Assembly (NCBI GenBank): GCA_964016885.1
Contig: OZ024755.1
Location: forward strand, 33,232,001 to 33,296,000
Origin: Eledone cirrhosa
Lineage: Eukaryota
DNA length: 64,000 bases
Direction of reading: 5' to 3'
The notes under the pieces are model-generated. The model saw only the letters and a list, made by a program, of their open reading frames with translations, had not been told where the DNA came from and did not search any database. Position 1 is the first letter of the stretch. Each line of letters starts with the position of its first letter. This document shows, piece by piece, positions 24,066-37,707 of this stretch. A program made the position numbers and the translations under genes.

Positions 24066-24844
24066 ATATATATAAGCAAAAGGGATATTCAATTTGTATA
24101 TATATAAGTATTGAAGTTTCCGTTGAAAATTGAAAAATTCATAGGAGTGAAGAGTGCTCTATGTAAGTTACAGAGCTAAATTTCAACATATATTATATAT
24201 GCATTTGTGGTCACACATACACTGATATGCTTGCCCTCACATTTTTACGCACACATTTTTTCACTATACACATGCATTTGTACATACACACATATGTACA
24301 TTTGTAGGTGCATATACACACATTTATACACATACCCTTACTATATTTCCTTACTTTATTTTTATATATCTCTTGCATTACTTTTATTTATATATTTTTT
24401 TTGCCCGTTAAACTTTTGCCTTTCTTGAGGAGATTTTTCAAATATTTCACTATGTTTTAAATTGCCTTGTCTGACGAACGAATGAGGACGTTTCTTGTAT
24501 TCTTCTTCTTTGGGAAACCTCTGGTAAACATACCATGTTTCTTTAGAATTACAAAATTTATATACATATCTGTATACAGCCTGAAGCTAAATCCTAATTA
24601 TATTTACATATACTAGTGGAAATACTGCCCTACTGATGGTTTTCAGTGCATATAAATATGTGTGTGTGTGTGCTTTGTAATGTACCAATTAATGTATAGA
24701 AAGAAATGTAGGGAAAAGGAAAGCATTTCTAACATGCAAATGATACGCAATGATTCAGTATATTTTACAGTTTAATTTTTTAATACTTAAGTATGATATA
24801 TATATGTTTGCTGTCATTTTGTTGTCATTATTATCAATGTGGAA

Positions 24845-25035
24845 GGGTGGTGGATTGGCAGTATCGGTAGAGGGTCGGACGCCATGCTTTCCAGCATAGT
24901 TACGTCCCTTTACGATCTGAGTTCAAATCCCGCCGAGGTTGACTTTGCCTTTCATCCTTACGGGGTCGATAAAATAAAGTACCAGTAATGCACTAGGTAA
25001 TTGCTGGCCTTGTGCCTAAAGTAGGAACAATTATT
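24845..25035 (+). mobile_element. SINE A
   Basis: Matches 380-565. Confidence 0.85.
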
Positions 25036-25154
25036 ATCAATGTGAGTACACTATGTCATTTTCATTTTAATCTTGAAATCGAAATAGAAGCTTCACCATA
25101 ATATTTTGACTAAATTATATAATCTAAATGATAAGACAGTAAGCATGCACATAG

Positions 25155-25312
25155 ATGTACACCAGGGCCGAACACAGAGGAGCCAAACTCCCATTGCCAT
25201 CGCCTCCATCTCTCTCGCCCTCCCCATCTCATACATGTACACCAGGTCTGAACACAGAGGAACTGAACTCCCACTGTCATCACTTCCATCTCTCGTGCCC
25301 TCCCCATCTCTC
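25155..25312. repeat. 78-bp tandem duplication
   Basis: ATGTACACCAGG..GAACACAGAGGA...CCCTCCCCATCTC occurs twice. Confidence 0.75.
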
Positions 25313-25760
25313 ACTATTATGAGCAAATGGGGTCCCATGTGCTGGCAGCCCCACAGGCTTGGCGGAGGGCGTTTTATCGTAGGATGGTAAAGGAGATGCA
25401 CTGGAAGAGCCAATCCATTTCACGGGACTCACACCTGTGGTTCGTCAGCTAGGGGCACAACTGCAAACCTGTCGGAGAGCGACCGATACTATGTTGTGGG
25501 TGTGTGTGTAATATGTCTTATATTACATTGTTTATATATCATCATCATCAACGTTTTACAACTGTTTTCTGCACAGGCATTGGTTATCGGTCAGTTATCT
25601 TGGTGTAACCTTTTATAACAACGGTGTTCAACTCTGGACTTAATGTTTGTTTTTAACTTTCGATCCATTGAGTGCTTTGTTATTGCCTCAAAACAAATCA
25701 AATTATACATGCTGTACTGCAGCTAAAGTTCGATTTACAAATATTATATATATATATATA

Positions 25761-26108
25761 TGGAGGCACATGGCTTAGTGGTTAGAGCGTTGGCCTTGCA
25801 ATCGAAAGGTTGTGAGTTCAATTCTCAGACCGGGTGATGTGTTGTTTCCTTGAGCAAGACACTTTATTTCACATTGCTCCAGTTTACTCAGCTGTAGAAA
25901 TGAGATGATAGGGACTGGGGTCCCTATCGTTCCACTGTAAAGTGGACGTGTAGGTGCCACGGATAAAAAGCACCCAGCACTCACTGTAAATGAGGTTGGT
26001 GTTAGGAAGGGCATCCAGCTGTAGAAATCGAGCCAGAATCAGTTCCCGTCTCACCCTTGCAAGCAGGGAAAAGCGGACGTAAAAATGATGATGATGATGA
26101 TGATGATG
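25761..26108 (+). mobile_element. SINE B full length
   Basis: A box TGGCTTAGTGG, B box GTTCAATTC, (ATG)n tail. Confidence 0.85.
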
Positions 26109-26189
26109 ATAGATGTGTGTGTGTGTGTGTGTGTGCGCAACGTAGATTACTGCTATTTCCTTCTTAAAGCTATATTATTTCTTTTTTTC

Positions 26190-26352
26190 CCCAGTATCGG
26201 TAGAGGATTGGACGCCATGTTTTGTACGGCCTTTTACGTTCTGAGATCAAATCCCGCTGAGGTTAACTTTGCCTTTCATCCTTCAATAAAATAAAGTACC
26301 AGTAATGCTTTGGGGTAATAGCTGGCCTTGTGCCAAAAGTAGAAACAATTAT
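26190..26352 (+). mobile_element. SINE A (degenerate)
   Basis: CAGTATCGGTAGAGG...AGAAACAATTATT. Confidence 0.75.
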
Positions 26353-26871
26353 TTATTTTTGTAGAATGATTATATGGAAGCACAAGACATTACAAGTGTT
26401 CTATATTCTTGTTAGGTGAAGGAATGCTTGGAATGCTGAAATTTTCTTGTGGTGATCACAATCCTAAAGCAAGACAAGTTTATTTCATGCCCAACTTGGA
26501 GATACAAAATATGATATTAAAGTTGCAATAAAGGAAAATGTGGATATATTTGAAATTACCTTTTCATTATAAAAAATATTTTTTGATCAATAACACATAA
26601 ACTAATTGTTTCTTAACTCTTACAGTTTTTCTTTCATTGACAAAGGACTTTATGTTCAAAATATTGAAATATTTTGTTTACCCACAGCCTAATACATTAA
26701 CTTTGTACTTTTATTTGTTGTTTTTTATCACAATTCTGGATTTTACTCCTGATGTTGCAGATCAAAACCTTGTCTCCTCAGACTCTAGGTAGTGTCTCAT
26801 CCTAACTACAATCTGTACCACTTTTACAAATCTATTACTAAATAACAACAATAGCAACAAGTATACTGTAT

Positions 26872-27170
26872 ATAATAGTTTCTGATTTAGGCACAAGGCC
26901 AGCAATATTTTGGTGGAAGGGAAAGTCGATTAAATTGACCCGAGGGCATAACTGGTACTTTATTTTTATTTTATCAACCCCAAAAGGCATAGCTAACCTC
27001 GGCTGGATTTGAACTCAGAACGTAAAGGGATGTAACTATGCCGCGAAGCATGGTAACTATGCCGCGAAGCATGGTAACTATGGCGCGAAGCATGGTAACT
27101 ATGCCGCGAAGCATGCTAACTATGCCGCGAAGCATGGTGACCGACGCTCTACCGATTCTGCCAATCAACT
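26872..27170 (-). mobile_element. SINE A variant with internal 21-bp repeat x5
   Basis: TAACTATGCCGCGAAGCATGG tandem at about 27033-27138. Confidence 0.75.
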
Positions 27171-27453
27171 GGTTATATATAGTATACTATATACAATGTT
27201 GTTACATCTTATGTTGATAATGTTGTTGGTTATGATAATGATGATGTTATCAGTAATAATAATAATGATATTTTATAATGAAGTGGAATGTTGAACTAGG
27301 TTGAAACCAGGAGAAAATTAAAGAGGACAACTTGTAAAAAGTAATAATTATCAATAAAATGCTTTGAAACATAAAAGAGAGATAATTAAAAATATAATGG
27401 AGTTAAGATTTGAAGACAAGAAAGAGTGAGAGATAGAGTGATGGATATATCGA

Positions 27454-27517
<64 letters not shown>

Positions 27518-27632
27518 ATGATATATATATATATATGATGATGATGATGATGATGATATATATATATAGAGAGAGAGAGAGAGAAATAGATAAAGAGATA
27601 GTTGTGTAGTTAGAATATGTATTGGAGGATGG

Positions 27633-27736
<104 letters not shown>

Positions 27737-29177
27737 GAGAGTGAGATAGAGAGAGACAGAAAGAGAAAATGTGGGAGAGAGAGGGAGAGAAAGAACGGGG
27801 GAGAAAGAGAGAGAATAGGGAGATAAAGATAGATAGAGCGAGAGAAAGGGGAAGAGAGAGTCAAGAGATACTCAAAACACATGTCCACTGTCATCATTTT
27901 TCCAAACACTTTATTCATATTGGAATATTGATCCAGGTGAACTTATCTGGTTTTTTTTGTGGGTCAGAGGTCATAAGGAAGATAAGAATCAATGTTTGTC
28001 AAGTGGTACAGGATGGACATCAAACTTATTGGAAAATGATAATTAAAGAGATAGAATTTGAAAAGAAAACTAAAGGAAAATTAAATAAAATAAATAAGGA
28101 GAAAATAACAACAATAAAAAAATAATGGGAAGATATAAAATAAAAAAATAAAAGGAAAATAAAAAATAAAAAAAAAATATAGGGAAAATAAAAAAATAAT
28201 AAAAATAAAGGGAAAATAAAAAAATATAAAGGAAAAAGCAGGGAAAAAATAAATAATAAAAATAAAGGGGAAATAAAAAATAAATATAAAGGGAATAAAA
28301 AATAAAAATAAAGAGAAAATAATAAAATAAATATAAAGGGAAAATTAAAAAATTAAAATAAAGAGAAAATAAAATAAATATAAAGAGAAAAATTTAAAAA
28401 AATAAAGGAGAAAATAACAAAAAATAGGGAAAAATAACCAAAAAATATCAAAGGAAAATAAAAAATAAATATAAAGGGAAAATAACAAAAATTAAAATTA
28501 AGAGAAAAATTTAAAAAAATAAAACTAAAGGGAAAATAAAAATGAAACAAAATAAAAATTTAAATAAAACAAAAATACAATAAAACCCAACAGGAAAAGA
28601 AAATTACTTTATAAGAAAATATTGATTTTAGTCATATTTAGTAAAATCTGAAAATGGTATCATCGAAGTAGGCTTTGTAATATTCTTTAAGATATGTTAT
28701 TTTGAAACAGAAATAAGTGCTGCATTTTCATCATTGTATGTTTCTTGTTTTGAAGATATAATTATGTAGAATGTTAGTTATGGTAATCTTCTATGAAGAT
28801 CTCTTATCACTAGGGACAAAGTTGATTTGAGTAAGGAAGGCAAGTGAGAGATAGAGGGAATGAGAGAAAGAAAGAAAGTGCCAGAGGAAGAGTTTAGAAA
28901 GAGAGATGGGGAGAGTGAAGCAAGAATTGTGAAAAAAAAAAAAAATTTGAATCAGTTACAGTATATTACTTACTTTATAGTTCCCAGTGGGAAAGATGAA
29001 AGGGAAAGACAACAGTGGTTAGATATAAAGAGAGACATAACAAGCACCACACTAGGTTTTGTGAAACATTTAGTCTAGTAATTTTCTTGTTTGTTGAAAA
29101 TACACTTCTACATTACTTGATTCTTTATAAACAGTTTTCTTCCTGAATTTCTAAGATGAAGTATCATTATTATCCAC

Positions 29178-29932
29178 TGGCGGTGGATTGGCAGTATCGG
29201 TAGAGGGTCGAACGCCATGCTTTGCAGCATAGAGTTATGGCCCCTTACTACTATGTAAAGCGGTGGATTGGCAGTATCGGTAGAGGGTCGGACGCCATGC
29301 TTTGCAGCATAGAGTTATGGCCCCTTATTACTATGTAAAGCGGTGGATTGGCAGCATCGGTAGAGGGTCGGACGCCATGCTTTGCAGCATAGTGTTACGG
29401 CCCTTTACGGACTGAGTTCAAATCCCTCCGAGTTTCACTTTGCCTTTCATCCTTACGGGGTTGATAAAATAAAGTACCAGTAATGCACTGCGATAATTGC
29501 TGGCCTTGTGCCAAAAGTAGAAACAATTATTATCCACTGGCGGTGGATTGGCAGTATCGGTAGAGGGTCGGCCGCCATGCTTTGCAGCATAGTGTTACGG
29601 CCCTTTACGGACTGAGTTCAAATCCCTCCGAGGTTCACTTTGCCTTTCATCCTTACGGGGTTGATAAAATAAAGTACCAGTAATGCACTGCGATAATTGC
29701 TGGCCTTGTGCCAAAAGTAGAAACAATTATTTTAAACCTCTGGGTGGTTGATTGGCAGTATCGGTAGAGGGTCGGACGCCATGCTTTGCAGCACAGTTAC
29801 GTCCCTTTATGGTCTGGGTTCAAATCCCGCCGAGGTTAACTTTGCCTTTCATCCTTACGGGGTCGATAAAATAAAGTACCAGTAATACACTGGGTAATTG
29901 CTGGCCTTGTGCCAAAAGTAGAAACAATTATT
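29178..29932 (+). mobile_element. SINE A tandem cluster (two extra heads plus three full copies)
   Basis: GATTGGCAG(T/C)ATCGGTAGAGGGTCG occurs five times. Three AGAAACAATTATT tails. Confidence 0.85.
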
Positions 29933-30088
29933 ATGCCCTGGTCTATTTATTCAGACTAGTTTTACCATCTTGGTTGGACTAGTCAATGTTTTGGTTATTG
30001 CGCCATTGAGCTAATATTCATCATCTTTAACAAATACTCAGCCAGTCTGGAAATATAAGTGCCACTCAAACACTTGCATTCGACTTAA

Positions 30089-30306
30089 CTCTTTAGCATT
30101 TATAACGGCCGTATTCGCCCAGAATTCTACCACATCTTACTGCTCAAACCGGCTGTAACCAGCCGTTCATACTTATGTCAATGTATTGTTATCAAAATAA
30201 ATAATATCAAAATCTCATAGATTCAATATTATGTGAGGCAATTATGTGAGGTAAAGCCTTTGCCGTGAAAATACAATAGTAAATATAAAGTAATGTAAAT
30301 GCTAAA
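30089..30306. mobile_element. piggyBac-type MITE (decayed)
   Basis: TTAACTCTTTAGCATTTA...TAAATGCTAAA. Confidence 0.75.
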
Positions 30307-30579
30307 AACAACTGATGAAGTTCAAAGATCTCAGTAGCCGATTTGCTAGACTTTTGTTTTGGTTGAATTTGTCATCCATCTTAAAAAAGCTAGAGTGATT
30401 CTAACACAATATTCCAAATGTTGCGAAATAATTGAACAGAAATAGAAAGCATGAGGTGAAATTGTAGACAGACTCAGTAGGCTTGATTGTAATGATCAAC
30501 AATGGTGGTTGGATTTTTGGCTAAGTGTAAAATCACAGTATGTGCAGTCTGGAAAGTTCCTAATACATAATAGATAATC

Positions 30580-31100
30580 TCTCACACACACAAACACAGA
30601 CACATACACACACGCACACACACACACACATATGCATACTCACAAACAAGCACATAGACAAGCATACACAGACACACACACAAAAGCATGTATGCAGACA
30701 AGCATACACACATGCACACACACACACAGAGCCATAGACACATACACACAGACGCACACAAGCAGACAGACACAAACACACACACAAACACAGACACACA
30801 CACACAAACCTACACACACACACAGACAGACATATATACACAGACACATACAAACAGAAGCACACAGAAACACACACATATTCACACACACATACACATT
30901 ACTTGCATATATGGTAATTTTATAATTTGTTTATTGTTTGAAACACACACACACACACACACACACACATTCACATACAGATACACATTACTTGCACAAA
31001 GTAATTTCATAATTTGTTTATTGTTTGAAACACACATGCACATATACACACATCCACACAAACACACACACATAGTTATATATATATTCACATACAGAAA
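30580..31100. repeat. (CA)n-rich low-complexity tract with local duplications
   Basis: Direct inspection. Confidence 0.85.
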
Positions 31101-32179
31101 CATATTACGTGCATATAAGGTAATTTTATTATTATTTTTATTATTTGAATTGCTGCTGTATAAGTGAAGACATTGTCACCATTAAGTGTATTATATTTAA
31201 ACATGAAGTATTTGACAAGAAACGTATTTTCCACACAGTAAACCAAATGCTTGGCATCACTGTCATGTCTGTTGTAGGTTTTCAAATAGGAGGGAAAAAT
31301 ATTCTGGATAATATCCAAAGGAAACTTTAGACATAATCATGTTGGGATGCAGATCTAAATAGTTTGCTTTTCATACCCCTGTTAATGGCCAAAAATGCCA
31401 GCAGACTCCTAAGTGAGGAAAGCAGGCATGATGCCAACTTGTAATTTAGTGCTACAAGTCTGTCTTGTATCTGGTTGTGAAGTGAAGCTGAAAAATATAG
31501 CTTTCTGGGACATCGGTTTAAGATTTGCACTTTAGAATTCAATTGGCACTCATTTGATATGAAGTAAGTCAATCACTTGGCCTTCTAGTCACGACAATTC
31601 TTGCATTCAATGAATCCAGTTTACTTCAACAGAAAAACAAAAATGGTTGACCACTTGAAAACATTTATAGTGTTCTTCAACATAGAAAAATTAATAGATC
31701 TTTCTAATTATTCCCAACCCTCTACCAAATAAATGACATTTTAAATATTAAAAAATATGTTCCTGTTTAAATTCTGTCATCATATTGCAAATATTAAATA
31801 TAGTCAACAATTTTTGGATTCATTGAATCCATTTTACTTCAACAGAAAAAGAAGGTTGACCCCTTAAAAACATTCATAGTGTTCTATAACATTTACATTA
31901 CTCTATATATACTATTGTATTTTCATGGTAAAGGCTTTATCTTGCATAATATCGAATCTATGATATTTTGATATTATATATTTTGAGAACAATACCTTTT
32001 CGTTTTCAAGTGCTTTTCAATGGTTACTTCACTAGGGAATTGAATCTGTCCAACTAGTAAAATCTGTCTCATAGTACTGCTCTCAGAGTACTGCACCCAC
32101 ATCCTTAGGTAGGACAGGACTTTTTGAGGGAATATTTTACAGCTGAATGCCCTTCTTGACACCAGCCTGTTAGTCACTT

Positions 32180-32640
32180 CTTGTGTCATGCAGGGATAAT
32201 GGGAGGGTATACATGAGGTGTAGTGGGATTGCAAGAGGACTAACAGAAAAGGAAGGCTTTATATACAACAGCTGCACAGGGGTCATCAATAGTAAGAGCT
32301 TCAGTGATATAAACCTTTTCCAATCAGATAAAGGATCCATAGAAATGATTGATAGCTTCTGCTTCCTAGGTGATCTAATTTGCAGTGGAGGGAGGGTGCT
32401 CAGAGAGCATAGTAGCAAGAATAAGGATAGGGTGGAAGATGTTTAGAGAGCTACTCCCTCTGTTGACCACAAAAGGTTTCTCCCTATGAATGAAAAGATA
32501 GCTCTATGATGACTGTTATTCCACTACACCTCTTATGTAGCCAATATCTGCATGGATGAACTGAGGGAGACACTAGGTATAAGAGGAATCAGAAGTAATG
32601 TGCAGGAGTTGTATGATGATCGAAAGTAGCTGTGCACATT
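32180..32640 (+). mobile_element. RTE-clade LINE fragment (decayed, post-RT region)
   Basis: DSFCFLGDLICSGG...(frameshift)IVARIRIGWKMFRELLPLLTTKGFSL. Confidence 0.7.
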
Positions 32641-33058
32641 GAAGTGGGTTGTTATGGATTTGTGGCTAGATCCACCATCTTCTAACTGACTGGAATTGGA
32701 CTTGGGAAGGAGAGTAGAGTGGTCTTTCTAAAACTGAAGAGTGGGGTGGTAAAGGATTGATTAGGGATATGGCAAAAACCTTTAATTGAAAAAGCAGCCC
32801 TGAGAATAGAGAGCAAAACTCTGGCAAGGAGTAAATATCATTATATACCTGAATAATGGAAGTGGTTATAATAGCAGCAGGATTCTGGTGAAAGTAGCAT
32901 GTACAGCGAGGAAAATTATCCTAGAGTATATTTGTGAGAATGTTAGAAACAGGAGGTTAACAGAAGAGTAGAGATCAAGATGAAAGATGGATATAGAAAT
33001 ATATACACACAGACACACACATAAACATTCATGCACACATGTATGTGTGTGTATATAT

Positions 33059-33179
<121 letters not shown>

Positions 33180-33756
33180 AAAGTATCACAGTAAAGCAAA
33201 AAGAATAGAGAAAAAGATAAAAGATAATATATATATGTGCGTATATAAACACGTTTATATATATATGTATATATATACACACATACATGTATGTATGTAT
33301 GTATATATATATATATATATACATACATAGAGGGGTGGGGCGGAGATAGGTAGATAGCAGGAGTGAGAAAGGCAAGGAAGTAAGGAAGTGGGAGTATAAA
33401 AGATAGAGAACAAACTGATAGAAAGATAGAAAGTGATAAAGAAAAGGACTCTTTATCCTTTTAATCCGAAGAATATTAATACCGGAGTTTATTTCTTAAA
33501 TAACAGCAGGATTTCCTGTTCATTTCCGTTCTTTCTTGACTGTTCTTGCAAAGAATATGAAGAAATCAGAGATTGTTATGTCTTTGGAGGATTTTAATCC
33601 TCACTATGAATACGTAATGATTTTCTATTTTGCTCTTGGGAAGACATTTATAGTTTTCTACTAATAGAGAAATATATCTGACAGAAACAGAAACAACAAC
33701 AACAGCACTAACAACAGAGGCAACAACATTAATGGCAATAAAAAAACATAATAATG

Positions 33757-33796
<40 letters not shown>

Positions 33797-33993
33797 TAAT
33801 GGTTTCCTATATAGGCACAAGGCCAGTAATTTGGGGGAGGGGGAGGGGAAAGTCGATTAAATAGACCCCCAGTGCGTGACTGGTACTTTATTTTATCGAC
33901 CCCTGTAAGGATGAAAGGCAAAGTTAACCTCGGCAGGATTTGAACTCAGAATGGCAAGGGCCGTAACTCTACCGACACTGCCAATCCACCGCC

Positions 33994-34027
<34 letters not shown>

Positions 34028-34302
34028 TGTTTCTACTTTAGGCACAAGGCCAGCAATTACCCAGTGCATTACTGGTACTTTATTTTATCGACCCCGTAAG
34101 GATGAAAGGCAAAGTCAACCTCGGCGGGATTTGAACTCAGATCGTAAAGGGACGTAACTATGCTGGAAAGCATGGCGTCCGACTCTCTACCGATACTGCC
34201 AATCCACCAATTGTTTTGGCACAAGGCCAGCAATTATCCCAGTGTATTACTGGTACTTTATTTTTATCGACCCCGTAAGGATGAAGGGCAAAGTTAACCT
34301 TA
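33797..34302 (-). mobile_element. Three stacked SINE A copies separated by (TAA)n
   Basis: GGCACAAGGCCAG...GATGAAAGGCAAAG (or variant) occurs three times. Confidence 0.85.
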
Positions 34303-34337
34303 TTACTATAAGGTTAACTTTATAATAATAATTATAG

Positions 34338-35005
34338 TAATAATAATGCTTTCTTTATTAACCACAAGGGTTGACATAAAGTAGACACTAAGGACAACAA
34401 AGGACAATACAAATGGGCATTTCTGCATGTAAAAAAAAATCAAAAACAGAGTGTGACAAAAGGAAACAATGAAAAATTCCCAAAAGCAGGAAGACCTCCG
34501 AGGGTTACTCATGGAGAAAACCCACAAGAAAAGCCATGGTTACCCTGACCGCTAGGGCAAATGCCCTCTTCCAGTTTTCCTCCTACAATTCTACAGGCAC
34601 ACGCTCAGGGTAGACCCATTCAAACCGGCCATTCTTCCCTCTCTCACCCACCTTTCAACAAACTGGCTGGGGGTCAGCACTTCCCTCTCCACCATGATTT
34701 TCCTCTTCAGATTAAACCTGAAAATGTTAATGTGGGCGTCACCGAAGAGGAAAGTACCGGTCCTCAACCCTTTCAGACGTGTCCACCATACAATCTCTTT
34801 CACCATGGCCACCAGGCAGATAAAAACTGCCTGCCCTTCTCGGTTAAACGAAGACGGCGGAGCAATCCTCACGATGGACTCAGCTGATAGCTGGATCCAT
34901 TCTACACGTGATAGCAGGTGTTCGGCATAAACCCACAAATCAGCAATTCTCGGACACTGGACGAGTGCGTGCAGGACAGTTTCATCGCCCTGTGCGCATC
35001 TTGGA
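34338..35005 (-). mobile_element. L1/Tx1-like LINE 3' end, copy 1
   Basis: Minus peptide ...DETVLHALVQCPRIADLWVYAEHLLSRV...FRFNLKRKIMVEREVL. Terminus AATAAAGAAAGCATTATT. Confidence 0.75.
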
Positions 35006-35009
35006 ATAG

Positions 35010-35970
35010 TAATAATAATAATAATGCTTTCTTTATTAACAAGGGTTTACACAAAGTAAAACATTAAGGACAATACAGGATGGTACAAATGGGCATTTCT
35101 GCGTGTAAGAAAACAAAAACAGAGGATGTAACAAAAAAAAGAAACAATGAAAAATTCCCCAATAGAGGGGAGACTTCCGAGGGACATTCGTCGAGAAAAC
35201 CCATTAAAAAAGCCACGGTGACCCTGACCACCAGGACAAGTGCCCTCTCCCAGTTTTCCACCTTCAATTTACAGGCACATACTCAGAGTAGGCCCATTCA
35301 CTCGGGCCATGCTTGCCTCTCTCACCCATCTTTCAATAAAATGCTGGGAAGAGAGTACCTCAATCTCTACCCTGATTTTCCTTTTCAAATGAAATTTGAA
35401 AAAGTTAATCAGGGCTTCACCGAAGAGGTAAGTGCTCGTCTTCAGCCCTTTCAAACGCATCCACCACACTATCTCTTTTACCATGGCCACCAGACAGATA
35501 AAAACTGCCTGCCATTCCCGGCTAAAGGAAGAGGGCGGGGCAATCCTCACGATGGACTCAGCTAATAGCCAGATCCGTCCTACACGTGACAGCAGGTGTT
35601 TGACATAAACCCACAAGTCAGCAATGCTCGGATACTGGACGAGTGCATGCAGGACGGTTTCGTCGCCCTGCGTGCATCTCGGACATGCCCGGTAGACAGC
35701 ACTTCCATGCCTGTAGAGTTTATCCCGAACTGGCAAAGCTCATCAGTAGCACTGCCAGGCCAAGGATTTCTGGAAGTTGTCCATAGGCCCCAACCCGAAG
35801 GTTCCCCCGAACAGATTGGCTAGTTGATTTTCATCGACGCCCAGAGTCTCCCCAAGTACGTCGTCGCTCTTCCCCTTCTCTAATCCTCTATAGAACGCCG
35901 AGGTGGAGTTTCCACCAATCGCATTGCCTGACTGGTAGAGGGCTGTGAGAGCCTGAAGATTCCAGTCTCC
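35010..35970 (-). mobile_element. L1/Tx1-like LINE 3' end, copy 2 (zf-RVT region)
   Basis: ORF 35269-35736 PVRDKLYRHG..CPRCTQGDETVLHALVQ is a CCHC knuckle of L1/Tx1 ORF2. Same terminus as copy 1. Confidence 0.8.
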
Positions 35971-35974
35971 AATT

Positions 35975-36170
35975 ATAATAATTGTTTCTACTTTTGGCAC
36001 AAGGCCAGCAATTACCCAGTGCATTACTGGTACTTTATTTTATCAACCCCGTAAGGATGAAAGGCAAAGTTAACCTTGGAGGGATTTGAACTCAGTCCTT
36101 AAAGGGACGTAACTCTATGCTACGAAGAATGGCACCCGACGCTCTACTGATACTGCCAATCCACCGCCCT
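35975..36170 (-). mobile_element. SINE A
   Basis: Full-length reverse copy. Confidence 0.85.
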
Positions 36171-36432
36171 TCCCAATAATAATAATAATAATAACAGAAA
36201 AGAAGAAAAGAAAAACAAAAAAAAAACATACATTAACAACAACAACAATAATTTAACAATGACAATTCAAGCAACCAGAAGAAGAAGAAGAAGAAAATTA
36301 CAGGTAAGCAACAACACCACATATATATATGAGGAAGAAAAAGTTAACAATAATAGCACAATGAGGGCAACAAGTCAACAATGGTGCCTCTATGTAGTCA
36401 CTCAACTGGTTAAAAACAGCAGTCAAATGCCC

Positions 36433-37120
36433 TTAACCAATTACCATTTACATTACTCTATATATACTATTGTATTTTCATGGTAAAGGCTTTACCTCAC
36501 ATAATTATTTCACATAATACCAAATCTATGAGATTTTGATATTTATTTTGAGAATAATATGTTAACATCAGTCTGAGGGACTGGTTAAAGCTGGTTTGAA
36601 CTGAAAGAAGTGAGAGAATTTTGGCTAAATACAGCCAGTTTAACCCTTTACCATTTACATTACTTTATATTTACTATTGTATTTTCATGGTAAAGGCTTT
36701 ACCTCACATAATTATTTCACATAATACCAAATCTATGAGATTTTGATATTTATTTTGAGAATAATATGTTAACATCAGTATGAGGGACTGGTTAAAGCTG
36801 GTTTGAACTGAAAGAAGTGAGAGAATTCTGGCTAAATACAGCCAGTTTAACCCTTTACCATTTACATTACTCTATATTTACTATTGTATTTTCATGGTAA
36901 AGGCTTTACCTCACATAATTATTTCACATAATACCAAATCTATAAAATTTTGATATTATTTATTTTGAGAACAATATGTTAACATCAGTATGAAGGGCTG
37001 GTTACAGCCAATTTGAATTGAAAGAGGTGAGAAAATTCTGGCCAAATATGGCCATTTAACCCTGTAGCATTCACATTACTCTATTACCGGATATGGCAAA
37101 TTTAAATGCTAAAAGGTTAA
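36433..37120. mobile_element. Tandem trimer (about 207-bp period) of piggyBac-type MITE
   Basis: TTAACC junctions at 36433, 36640, 36847 and 37056. Single right TIR ending at 37120. Confidence 0.8.
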
Positions 37121-37707
37121 ATTACACCTCACTGCCTTAACAATTTTGTTACCATATTTTTATTGAAATAAATTGCTTGTTTTCAACTCTGCTACTTGAA
37201 GAGTTTGTACAAGTTATAAAGAGATGGCAGATACGTAAAGAGGTACAGTGCATGGAATGGAATAATGGATGTTTATTCCAGCAGAGTTTTGTTCAGAATA
37301 AAGAAGAGACATATGTTTTGGTTAGGGCCAATACATTGAGTCTTTCAGGACAAATCCACATTAATATTAATATTAAAAACCATATGGTGAGCAGAAAGCT
37401 TGAAATGAAATACAACACAGCATTTGCTAGGCAATTACAGGCTAATCTTGTTGAAATAGGACTGACTTAGAGTAAAGTTTGACAAGCTGCCATTGGTTGA
37501 GAAAAAGGAGCTTTATTAAATACAGCTTAATGACTCACTAGTAGGGAAGAAGAATCAAATTCAATTAATGTGTTATGTACAGGAAACCCTTTTACTGGTA
37601 ATGTGCCATCTTAATAATTTAGTTTGATGCAACTCTACATTACTTTGAAACAAATATAGATGAAATGTTAGAAATAACTATGATGTCATAAACACATCTA
37701 AATCTAA

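Noticed and set aside
25405-25458. Minus-strand CTGACGA...GAAA hammerhead-like motif
   Set aside because: Stems I and III cannot be formed, so likely chance or too decayed to call.
25761-25835. tRNA gene
   Set aside because: A/B boxes belong to SINE heads. No proper cloverleaf, and the sequence continues into the SINE body.
27769-28125. Possible exon in unique sequence between GA- and A-rich tracts
   Set aside because: No recognisable domain or convincing splice pair.
33440-33690. Possible minus-strand exon after a pyrimidine-rich acceptor
   Set aside because: All frames hit stops quickly and no homology is recognisable.
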